Positions 1 through 11,226 of a DNA stretch of 64,000 nucleotides are shown one piece after another. Each line of letters starts with the position of its first letter. The stretch's first letter is position 1. The notes under the pieces were generated by a model. The model did not search any database. It saw only the letters and a list, made by a program, of their open reading frames with translations, and was not told where the DNA came from. Source of the stretch: Gonapodya sp. JEL0774 (Eukaryota); assembly GCA_027604505.1 (NCBI GenBank), contig JADIIX010000060.1, positions 62,001 to 126,000 on the forward strand, given 5' to 3'. A program made the translations under genes and the position numbers.

Positions 1-133
1 GGGGAGTGGGGAACGACATCCACCCACAAAGTTGGGCATGGCGTTTCAGGTAGTACAAGGACCCCTCCTGGTTGGAGGGAACGTCCACTCAAACCAGCAG
101 AATATATTACCCTTTCAAGCCATCCCATCTCGA

Positions 134-583
134 ATGGACCAGAATCCCGACCCCCGTCTCCCTCGTATGTCCATCAATTTGTGCATGCCTCTTGCTCCCC
201 CACGCTCGCCGTGCTCACTCGATTGCGCGTCACAACCACATTCCCCACGAACGATCTCGACCCAACACGCACAGGATTCTTCCCCCTCCGCCTAACTGCC
301 TGCACCGCGGAATCCGACGCATATTTGGGATGCTTCACGGCGAGTGCGAAGCCGAACGGGGTGAGTTTTCGGATGTTCGGGGTAAAAGCCCGTGAGACTC
401 AGACTTTTCTGACTCTCTCATCGTTTTCCTCCTGTTTATGTTGGTTTCATTTTCTCATTCCCGGTTTTGATACAGGACAAAGACGTGGCCAGGAAAGCAT
501 ACTACGAGTGCGAACGCTTCATGGGCGCTTACACACGTTGTATGGAGAGGGAACTAACCAAGAGGGAAAGATCAAAGGTGTAG
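134..583 (+). CDS. Twin CX9C (CHCH-type) small protein, 74 aa, probably mitochondrial intermembrane space
   Basis: Exons 134-164, 275-360 and 476-583 are joined by GT-AG introns in consistent phase. Product: MDQNPDPRLPRFFPLRLTACTAESDAYLGCFTASAKPNGDKDVARKAYYECERFMGAYTRCMERELTKRERSKV*, with two exact C-x9-C motifs. Confidence 0.75.
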
Positions 584-1470
584 TTTGGTACGGGCTTTGC
601 CCTCGGAGTAATAGGGAGGGGAGGAGGCACTTTAGAGGAAGGGCGACCATGACGAACCCACGCACGTAGGACAACACCACACAGAACCCATGTGAGCTGT
701 ACAATAGCATTTTTGAAAAATAGAGTTGCATGTGATAGCTTCGCTTTCATCCTACTTCTACTACTACTACTAGTACTAATTGTAGCACATTTTGGGAACA
801 GAAAAATGCTTGAGAGACAGGCCCATCCTGTACCGGTCTGAGTTACAATGATCAAACGTTAAACAGCGAGAGTTGTCGCAATTTGGGCGCCCTTGTCCTT
901 GTCCTGAAGACCCAGATGTTCAGTGGACTAGAGCACGGATGGGTTCTTCATTCATGAATTCTAGCTGGCAGATTCGCAGTGGTGGAGGCATTGTGATTGT
1001 GGGAAGATTCGGAAAGGACATGACCCCCCGATGAGCACGAGTGGTTACGGGAAGAACAGGGAACACAGTGGCCAGCGGGGAGATATACAAGATTTGAAAG
1101 GGGTGCATCACATTGTGCATGATGGGCATCAGGCACCACACACACACCCCTCCCCACACCCCTTCCCGAAAACATCCAAATGCACGTTGGGGTTGGGGAA
1201 TGTGGGGAACGTGGAAGAATATAACGGGGTATATTATTTCAGGACCACTCGAGTCACACCACCATGACCACCGTCCGTCCACCACTGACCACCACCCACT
1301 CTCGTCCGTCCCACCCGTCCCACCCGTCCCACACGGGTCAGGATGGCCATCCCGTCCACCGCCAGACCACCACCACCCACGAAAACAAGCCAACTCGAGA
1401 CCCTTGCCCCCACCCCCTCCCTCCCTGAAAATACCACAACACAGGCAGTGCTTTTCTTTTTTTTTTGTCA

Positions 1471-2498
1471 CTACCCCAAATAATTCACCACAAAGAACGA
1501 GAACACGAGTTGGGAGAAGATGTATTCGGCGAGGGCGCTGTGGTGGGTGGTGGTAAGGGGGTATTTTGACGGTGGGGGGGGGGGGGGGGGAGGCAGGGGA
1601 AAACGGTGAATGGCGAGTGGGGGAGCAATGGTGTGGTGAGTGCGATGCGGGATGCGGGATGCGGGCGGCATATGTGGAGCGCCGGTTGCCGTCCGCCGGT
1701 CGGTCGACCCGTTTGCCCGCCCGTCCGTTAGACACGCGGACACTGGGACACACCCGATCGCAGGGCTCCTCCACACCCACACCCACCACCCTGCGCCCAC
1801 CCACTCTCCATACCAGCCACCATCCACCCACTCACACACTCTCCACACCAGCCAACAGCCACTTGCAACCCCCGCGCGGGGCACCGTCCCACCACCCCCT
1901 GCGCTCCCGGCAAGCCCAAAGCACAAGCCAACTCACCGTTCCTGGGGCATGTCCTTGTACTCTGGGTTGTTTCCTGAGATTTGGACGCGGAGGGAGACTG
2001 GGAGAGGGGGGGGTGAGGGGGTGAAAGAGAGGGGAGGGTGGAAATGGAGGGAAGGGTGAGTGACGGGAGGAAGGAAGGAAGGGGGTGGGGTGGGGGATGT
2101 AATGTGCTTCCCCGCGACAGGACGAGACACGACACGACAGGGGGGCATTCAAATAATCCGGGATCGGTATTTGGCATAACAACACAAGAAGGAGAGTAGG
2201 AGTGGGTTGGTATGGAGAGAGAAAAAAACAACTGACCGGCGAGGACGAAGGCGCCGACAGAACTTGCGAAACCGGCGATGAAAGAGTTGAAAGGGAACGA
2301 GCCGACGAGCAAGCAGTAGGCGAACTGGATGACGCCGGTGAGGATGAGGAAGAGCAAGTAGGCGTCGATGAGTTTGAGTTTTGTGGAGGAGCGAGAGGCG
2401 TAGGCTGAGAATGCGTTTGAGAGGAGAGCGGGGAGGGAGGAGGGGGAGAGGGAAGGGGGAACGGAGGAGGAGGAGAGGGAAGAGCGGGATGAGGACAT
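1471..2498 (-). CDS. DAD1: Oligosaccharyltransferase subunit DAD1/Ost2
   Basis: Exons 2498-2237, 1997-1937 and 1537-1471. Motifs [54 protein letters not shown]. Confidence 0.95.
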
Positions 2499-2558
2499 GG
2501 GAGGGGAGAGAGTGGGGAAGAGGGGAGAGAGGGCAGAGAGGGGAATGCAGAGGGGCAG

Positions 2559-2568
2559 NNNNNNNNNN
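2559..2568. other. Assembly gap (10 N)
   Basis: Run of N in the GC-rich region between the divergent DAD1 and DUF1909-like genes. Confidence 1.
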
Positions 2569-2854
2569 GGGGCCCCCGGGGGGCCGCGGGGCGCGCGGGC
2601 CCAGAGGGCAATGCAGCGGGCCAGAGGCACCCGGGGCGGCTGCAGGGGTAGGGGGTGATGCCAGCAGACAAGGGGAGTGTGGCACTGCAACCACAGCACA
2701 GCTGCGGTCACCCACCAACGGATCCCTCCTTTCTTTGTGTGCACGGTCCACATGGCCCAGCTTCTTCACTTCTTCCCCCTTGTCCGGGACACTCACAGTC
2801 ACTCACCCCACCCCGCACTTCACCCCCGCACTCTCACACGCACTCAACTCGGAA

Positions 2855-4182
2855 ATGGGAAACGGCGCACGCACTGCCCAGGTCGGTGATTGTCTCCCTT
2901 CCCTCTGTCTCCCCCCTTTCCTTCATCTCCCTCTCCCCTCTCTCACCCCTCTCTCACCCCCCTCCCCCTCTCACCCCTTCCCCTCCATCTCCCTCCATCC
3001 CCCTCCCACAGAAACGCGAAAGAAACGCTGACAAGGGGGCCAAGAAGGGCCCCACTTCTCAGCTCAAAGCAGTGAGTCCTTCTCTCCCTCCTGCCCTACC
3101 CCACTCTCTCTCTCCCTCTCTCTCTCTCTCTCACTCCTTCCCTCCCTCTCTTACACCCCATTCATCCCCTTCTCAAAACAGAACGAGGCCGCAAAATCCA
3201 TCCTATGCAACATATGCAAACAGCAGTTCCTCTGCACCGGTGCGTACTGCACTGCACTAAGTCTCGGATCCAAAGCACGGTCCGACCTGCGCGCAGCGAC
3301 AATTTTCCCGCACACCGTGTGGGCCTTGACCTCCGGCCATGAGAGACGACCCTTTGACCTGTCTCAAGATGGACCCACACAGTGTCTCTACTGACCCTTT
3401 CCCCTTTGGGTTTTTCCTCCACTCATGCATGCCCTGGTGCGCATCCGTGGCCTTTCTCCTCTCCCCGACCCCTTCCCTCGTCCCTCTCTCTCCTCCCTCC
3501 CTCCCTCCCTCCCTCCTCCATCCCACACCCAACGTGCCAAACCCCCTCTGTCCTCCAGTCCGCGAAGCCAACCTCATCGGTGAGTTCTACGAGTCTCGGC
3601 GTCATGTGCCCTGCAGGAGGGCGGTGGGGGGGAGGAGGGGCCGGGATGGGGCAGGTCGTGCTGTGTCGTGTCTCGTGAGATCATACCGTGCCCTGTCCCG
3701 GTGGGATCGTTCCATACTGTGCCCTACGTACCACAAACACACACAAACACACGCAGAAAAAAAAATTGCACGAGATCAACGACCGGGTGGGGATGGACCG
3801 ACGGGTGGACGGCGCGCGTTGGTGTGTCGGGGGCACGGCCCAACGCTCAGTCCCCTCACCTCGATTACCCCGGGATACCACTCATCTCACTCGCCCCCCC
3901 CCCACACACACAGAACACGCCGAGAACAAGCACAGTAAATCGCTCCAGGACTGTTTTCCGACGTTTGTGGTGAGTAAGCCGCGAAGTGGGAACTGGGGGG
4001 GGGTGTTGGGTGGAGGAGGGAGGGGAGGAGCGGCTACGTGGGTTGATACATGACAGGACACATTGCTGACCACGCCCCCGCTCCCCGCCACCCGCCGGCC
4101 CGCCATCCACCACCCGCCCACCCATCCTCCACCCACCACTCGACGCCTCTATATCTGCCTCTGCCCCCGCCAGTCCCAGTGA
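2855..4182 (+). CDS. Small C2H2 zinc-finger protein, DUF1909/At2g23090-like (ZNF706-related), about 76 aa
   Basis: Micro-exons splice to MGNGARTAQ|KRERNADKGAKKGPTSQLKA|NEAAKSILCNICKQQFLCT|VREANLI|EHAENKHSKSLQDCFPTFV|(SQ*), giving CxxC...HxxxKH. The last exon (to 4182) is tentative; coding to 3969 is solid. Confidence 0.85.
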
Positions 4183-4753
4183 AGTGTGCCCGAGTGGAGG
4201 TGGGATAGGGTTGGGTAGGGTGGTATGGGTTGGAGAGAGGTGGAATGGGGTGGAGAGCTTGGATCGGTGCGGGTCCACACGCACACACGGGGGGGGGGAT
4301 AGGCAGTGGGGCGGTGGGGCGGTGGATGAGCAGACGTGAGGGTGGACGGGGACGAGGGCGTTTTTTGGACTGTGTACGGGCGTGCGGCGGGTTAATTTGT
4401 CTGCCTTGCTGCTTTGGTTTGTCGGGGTTTGTTCGGGTTTGTCGCGTTTGTCGGGTTTTTGTCTGATGTGTTCGGTGTTTGTCGGGGGCGGTCGTACAGT
4501 CGTGTGTATTTTTTCATAGAAGTGGGAAACTCTCAGAAAAGTGTCATGTAGAACACGAATTTGCATGTTTTTTTTTCTATTTTATTTTATTTTATTGACT
4601 ACTGATTCGTGAGGGGGTGCTGCTCGTGGTGGACTGTGCTGGACGCAGTGGTGCCAGTCCATCCGATTTCACTTGCCACACACTCCTTCTGTCCCACCTT
4701 GCTCACCTCCTCCAAACTCACCCCACACTCCACCTCCACCTCACCCGTGCCCA

Positions 4754-5494
4754 ATGCCTGCCAATCTGTGGCGGAAATGCCCGGCCAGCTGCATCAACAA
4801 GGCTCTCTGGCACTTGCTCTACCAACTCATCCAAAAGGAAGAGGAAACCGGATTTCACGCAACATCAAACATTAAAAGGGTGCGTTTGTCTTCATCATGC
4901 GCTCCCCAGCGTGGGGGGGCCGCCCTTTTTCTCTCTCTTCGCATCGGGACTCGTGACGCTCATTCATTGTTGTGTGACACACGCTTACACTGACTGACTC
5001 AGGCGCTCGCCCACCTGGGACGGTACCCTTTCGATTTGAAACCCGCCAACGTTCAGAAGAAGATTAAAGGTGTCGGACCTGAACTCGCCAGGGTCCTGGC
5101 GCGAGAGGTGGCTAGGTGGGAGATGGAAAACGGCAGGCCGCTCGCTCCCGGAGAAGGTGAGGAGAAGAGTAGAATCATTCACCCGGACCACTGCTGGAGA
5201 CGTAGAGATGACTATGTTTTTTCTGATCGTACATGCTCTCTTATTTCGTCACTCATCACTGATACCACCCTGAATGGTGATGACGCGAACAAAAGGCCGG
5301 CCCTCCTGGGACCAGTTCCGAGCCAACGCCGCCAAACGCGCAGCCAGCAAACCCCAGAGGAAAGAACGCACTCTAGCCAACTTACGGAAGCAGCTCGACT
5401 TGAACCCGCCTGCTCCGTCGAAAAAGTCGAGGAAGGTCAGGGCCAAGGCGACGACGACGACGTCGAGGAACGGACAACCGGGGAGTTCCAGTGA
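4754..5494 (+). CDS. Small protein with Mus81 N-terminal-like helix-hairpin-helix domain and no visible nuclease domain
   Basis: Spliced product MPANLWRKCPASCINKALWHLLYQLIQKEEETGFHATSNIKR|ALAHLGRYPFDLKPANVQKKIKGVGPELARVL resembles the Mus81 N-terminal HhH (C.NP.F..WL...Y.KA..SL...P......L.G.G). The 3' structure is uncertain. Confidence 0.5.
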
Positions 5495-6429
5495 GTGGAT
5501 GGATATAGAAATATATATTTTTTTTGCATGAGGAAAGTTGACGGTCAGAGAGGCAGAGACGAAAAGAGTGGACTTGTGGAGTCGAATTGAGCGAGCAATA
5601 CAGTGAGCAATTTTTGGGAGGATGCTGGTACCAGCAACAGCGCAGGGCAAGAGGGATCTCTGATTTGCCCTTCTACATCGGAAATTTATAATCTCACATA
5701 CCATCTCCACCATCAGGGCGCTAGGTTCCCATCAGTTTTGCTCGCCGAACCCACAGATCCACTTAGCCTACTATCCCTTGCTCTTGGTATGCCAGAACGA
5801 CATTCAACAGTCACTTGAGCCTTCAATGGGACTCTCTCGGTCTCGTAGTCACTCATGAACTTGAGCTGTCTAGAGGCGGACCGATGGTCTTGCTTCTGAG
5901 GGAATCATCGGGGTACATAGAACAGTGGGCACCGCAGACGGACATCGTTAGCGATTGGTAAACAGACCACAAAATTGCATCAAAAATTATCATTGTAATG
6001 TGAAATCAAAATAATAATATAAGAAGAAAACTAATCCTTATGACCATAAATAAGTTGCTTCTGGTCGACCAGGCACAACGTTCCATGTAATGTACATTTA
6101 CATACCGGACGTCAACCACACAATTACCTGCGAAATTGTTAGATGTTTCTATTGTTCGTGCGTTGCACAACGTATCTATGAACTGAGTCAGCTGAATGGG
6201 CCATATATGTTGCAATTTGCATCCATGGAGCCACCAGTCGGGTGGAAAACGGAACGGAGACACTCCAGCCGGGACACGAAGCTTGAGCAATCGAAAAAGG
6301 ATTCCCGTTCTCGCAGTTGCTCCAGCGTCTCGATGATCCGAGTGTATTGGTGATCGGAGTGGTGCATGGGCCAGCCACACGTCCGCCCCAACCACCACAC
6401 TTTGGACTCAATCCTGTACATCCGCAACC

Positions 6430-7534
6430 ATGTCTAAGCGAGGTGAGCGGGGAAAACCAGGCCGCACCCCGCACAATCAATGGAGAAAGAAGTTGCTGAA
6501 TACTGGAACACGGGCGGGAATGGACGTTGTCGAGGGCTGGATGGATGTCACTAAAGTGTTGACTATCGGAGAGCATATCACATCAACGACGAAATGTGGA
6601 ACAGGGCGAAAAGGCGGACAGGAAGGGAACACACACATTGAGAGGAAAAAAGGCCCATGAGACCGTGGAGATATGTTGGAATGGGTTCTGACGATTGCCG
6701 ACTTGTTTCTCCTCTCCCCCTCCCCCAACCTTGGAATGTCATCACCGACACCAACCAAACCCACCCAACCCTATCCACTTGCCAATCCCCTCCTCACAAT
6801 TTTCTACCGCTCTTGTGTCTGAATCCGTGAAATCACTTCAGGGAGCGGCGCCAGCGGACAAAAGTTCCGCATCAGTCTTGCGATGCCCGTCGGTGCGGTC
6901 ATGAACTGCGCCGATAACTCGGGTGCCAAGAACCTCTACGTCATCTCCGTCAAGGGTGTCCACGCGCGCTTGAACAGGCTGCCCGCAGCTGCCATGGGTG
7001 ACATGGTGATGGCAACCGTCAAGAAGGGAAAGCCCGATTTGAGGAAAAAGGGTGCGTATTCTCGATCCTGCACATGTGTCTTCTGGAAATTGTAGTTGGG
7101 ATAAGAGACAAGTCGGATACTCTTTTGGTTCGGGGGGACTGTCGGATTTGTCTGAGCGGTATTGATGGAGCTCTACCTTGAGCAGCTTGAGCTCCCATAT
7201 CTGACATCCCCTCTGCCCCCCTCCACCTCCTCCACACACCCAGTCATGCCCGCCATCATCGTCCGCCAGCGCAAACCTTGGCGCCGGAAGGACGGTATCT
7301 ACATCTACTTTGAAGACAACGCCGGTGTCATTGTCAACCCCAAGGGTGAAATGAAGGGGTCTGGTATCACCGGGCCCGTCGGGAAGGAGTGCGCGGATCT
7401 GTGGCCGAAGATCGCGTCGAGCTCTGGTACGTTGCTTCCTCTGCTTTCCTCTTTGCCCCGTCCTACGCCCCCTTTCATGTGTTTTGCATTGACAACGGTA
7501 TTCCTCTTCCATTCCGCTAGGTACCGTCGTGTAA
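6430..7534 (+). CDS. RPL23: 60S ribosomal protein L23 (uL14)
   Basis: Four exons: [37 protein letters not shown]...[28 protein letters not shown]...[17 protein letters not shown]. Confidence 0.97.
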
Positions 7535-8101
7535 ACCTACCTGTCCACTGTGTAGCGAACGAATTGTCCTGTTAGTTAGCGTGTGTCCAAAGGTTGTGTT
7601 GGTGGTGATTGGTGGTGGTCGACCGATTGTATAGCTGTTCCAAATGCTATAGCGCACTCATTTCTAGAATGTCTGGTGATCGTCTCACACCTTCCCTACG
7701 TCCTCTCATCACCCTTCGGTGCTGTCTACGGAACCGAGGTTTGCCCCTTAGTGCGCAGTTCCAAAGCAGCGAATGCGACCCATGTGGAAGGACATGTTCA
7801 AATCCACCGAATGTTCGCTCGCCAGATATGCCTTGGTTCTTCATTATTGTTGGTGACTGGTGTTGTATGCTTCATACATCACACAGCACTTAGAGAAGCC
7901 CAACCTGCATGTCCCTCTTCAACGAGCACCAGTGTTAATCTTTTCTTTATTGCACTTCGCTTTGTTGAACTATCAACTCGCCACGACTGCACAATCGGTT
8001 GGACCCGAGCGGAAAAATCTAAGAATGTGGTGCAAACAGGACTTTCACATTGTGGGAAGTCATCTACATTGTTTACATGCCAGGACGTGCAGACAATACG
8101 A

Positions 8102-10616
8102 CTAGCGGACGGGAACCAGATCGTCGATTTTCTATTTGGCAGGGCGAAAGGGGACAAAGTAATCATGGTCGTGGGGAGTGGATAGAGAGTGCCAAGTAGG
8201 TTAGTTTGCATAAGAGGATTAAAACAATGTCGCACAACCCCCGCAAACAATGCCATGCAACTCACCAAAATCATCCTCACTGTCTCACTCGCCAACTCAA
8301 TCGCACTCGTCGACACGAGCAAAGGTTGCACTACATTCTCCTCAAGAATATTGCTAATGGTACCCTTCCGCACGTTGATGCCCGCCGTCTTATCACCCTT
8401 GGCATGCCTGTTGCGGAGCTCAGTCACTATGGCGATGGGATTCAGCCCCGCATTTTCTGCAAGTGTGATGGGAACGACCTCCAAGGCTTCGGCAAAGCCT
8501 TGGAAGCAGTAGGCTTCCATTCCTTTGAGAGATTTAGCGTATTCCATCATTCGTAGGGATACTTCGATTTCGGGGGCACCGCCACCAGCGATGAGGGCTC
8601 TTGGTGACCGCGGGTCGTGGTGTTTTGCAGGGAACCGCGGCGGAAACGAAAGTACGCCAGGGATGACAATGTAAGAGATTCACACCATATGTTAGATTCC
8701 GGGAGATGCAAACGCCTTGTCCAACACCCACTTCTTCTTCACCAAACATCGAATGACACACAAAGCATCATGCAAACTCCGTTCGGCCTCCTCCAGAACA
8801 AGCGCGTTTGCACCTCTCAGTACCACACTGACAGTTTTGGTCACACCCTTTGCGCCTGTGACCTTGACGATACGGGAGCCGGAGAAGCTCACTTCCTCTA
8901 CCAAGTCAGCGCTGGCGAGTTTATCCGGACTGAAGGACTCGATATCTGCGATGGGCTTGCAGCCAATCGTCTGATGATGAATGGGGTGCAAGGAGTACAG
9001 AGGTATCGCGAAGGAGTTATGAACGAACTTCCAATCCTTCCCTCGAATCCTTCTACAACGAACCTTACAAATGAACTCAACCTCGTCCCTTTCGATATCC
9101 TTGAGGACCATAATTTTCGTTTTGGCCAGAAAGTGAAGAGACAGGTCCGTCACGGCGTCGCGGAGGATGGATTTTTGGATCAGGATCACGTTGCAACCAG
9201 AAGCCTTGATCTTCTTGACCATGTTGAGCAGATAGGTACGTTCCTCTTTGAGGATTTTGTCCATTTGACGATAATCATTTACAACGATCTGGTTCTCCAT
9301 CTGCAGCATGCAGCACAGATGGTATCAAGAAACGATCAGGACGAAGCATTCGGTTTTGGTGATTGGGTTTTTTCCTGAGAAGCGAGCACCACCGCAAAGA
9401 CTCACATCCGGCTTAGGAGGCGACAGTTGGAATTGAACCAAAGCAATCTTCGCCTTCTCCATTCTCGTCGGTCCACCAGCAGTCGTCACAGCAGTTTGTG
9501 TCAGCACCATTCCATCGGACAGCTCGGTGTCGTCAATGGTCCCTCCAACCTTTTGGACGATGCGAACATCTTTGAGGTCAACGTTGGTCGCTGTGGCGGG
9601 GTCAATGACACGTATAACTGAGTCGACGGCAATGGGTGCAAGAAGACCGGAATACTGGGACACAATCTGACAGATGGCATGAACGACGGTGAACGAAAGT
9701 CAGTTCTCATGAGAATGGCAGGTAACAGCACCCAGACGGTGTATCAGCATTCCTGAGCGATTGACGGACTGGTTGACTGGGGGCAATATTCCAACCCACC
9801 TTTGAGTTGAGCGAGGTCGTCGCGCTTTTGAGCAGCGACTCACGGTCATTGAGGTTAATAGGAATGGCCATGTCATTGAGGTACTCGACAGCCTTGTAAG
9901 AGGCCTTTTGGAAGGACTCGGCGATTGTCGTGGGGTGCATGCCTGTTGTGAAGGATGTCCGAATACCTTCACTACGGAGTAGCAGTAGCCAGTAAAAGGC
10001 AACAGATGACAGACCTTTGTCGAGTAGCTTTTCTGCAGCAGTGAGCAGGCTACCGGCCAGAACCACCACTGAGGTGGTACCGTCGCCCGCCTCCACATCT
10101 TGCGCTGCGGAAAGGTCGACGAGCTGGTCCATCCGCGACGAAAACGAGCAACATTCAATCGAATTTAAGCCAAAAAAGGGACTATGAGAGATTGTGAAGC
10201 TTGATTATCGTCGTGTGACGCAACTTACCATCTTCGCTGCTGGATGTAGAACCGCCATTTGCTTCAGGATCGTTGCTCCGTCATTCGTAATAATAACCTC
10301 GCCACCACCACTTTGAATCATTTTGTCCATCCCTCGGGGTCCCAACGATGTCCGGACGGCGTCAGCGACGGCTATTGCGTCAATGAAAGGCAAAGACGGT
10401 TGGCCATAAAGCAAACCGGATCCCGAGTAGCACAAAAAGATTGAATTAAAACGAGCGATTTTGAGTTCACTTCAAGGGCGAGAATTGCAATGGAAGGTCG
10501 GGCACACCTTTCGCCGCTGTGATGTTAGAAGCGCGAACCTCAAGCGGTTTGTCCTTGTCCTTGAACGCCCGATATTGTCCATTACTTGCACCATTAGTAC
10601 GAGGAGCTTCGACCAT
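8102..10616 (-). CDS. CCT4: T-complex protein 1 subunit delta (chaperonin CCT4)
   Basis: Multi-exon. Motifs [86 protein letters not shown]. Confidence 0.97.
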
Positions 10617-11226
10617 TGTGGCAGTGGGTAACGGGAAGAATCAAATGGAAACTGAGTGTTGACAAGAACAAGAAGGACTGCGGACAAACAAACCAAAGTA
10701 ACGTGCACAATTCTTGTTTCACGCACTTTCTGAATACAAAGCAGTGGCTGACATAGCACAAAATGTGTCGTCTTTGGCCCGATTTACAAAAGCTTTTGTT
10801 TTCCACACGTTCGGCATGGCTTTGAAACAAAAATCTGCATGTGCAAGATCTCTAAATCTCTAAAAAACGTAGTACTGAAAACCTTTATGCTATCCGCAGT
10901 TTCGAAAATTAATCGGATTGAACCCTCCTGTAATCGTCTAGTCGGGTCCATGACTATGGTACAGTTTTTCCTAAGGGAAGGGGATAAAAAAGGGAGATAC
11001 TTAACGTTCATGAAGCAATCACAGAGGCTGAATTGCACACAGATGAGGTGCCAGCTCTTCTCTGATCTGAAAATGGAGAAAACGTGCGTGCGGATCCTTC
11101 ATGTCCGCGCGTGCCCCCCGCTCCGCTGTCCGCGGATGTTCCATAGCAACCGAAATCAACCGGCAACACACATGAACATCTGTACAACGAATACCCAGGA
11201 CTCTCGCTTGATCCTCACGCTCATCA

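Noticed and set aside
920..2802. Long Pro/Gly-rich ORFs on both strands around DAD1
   Set aside because: Shadow ORFs arising from G/C-run introns and UTRs.
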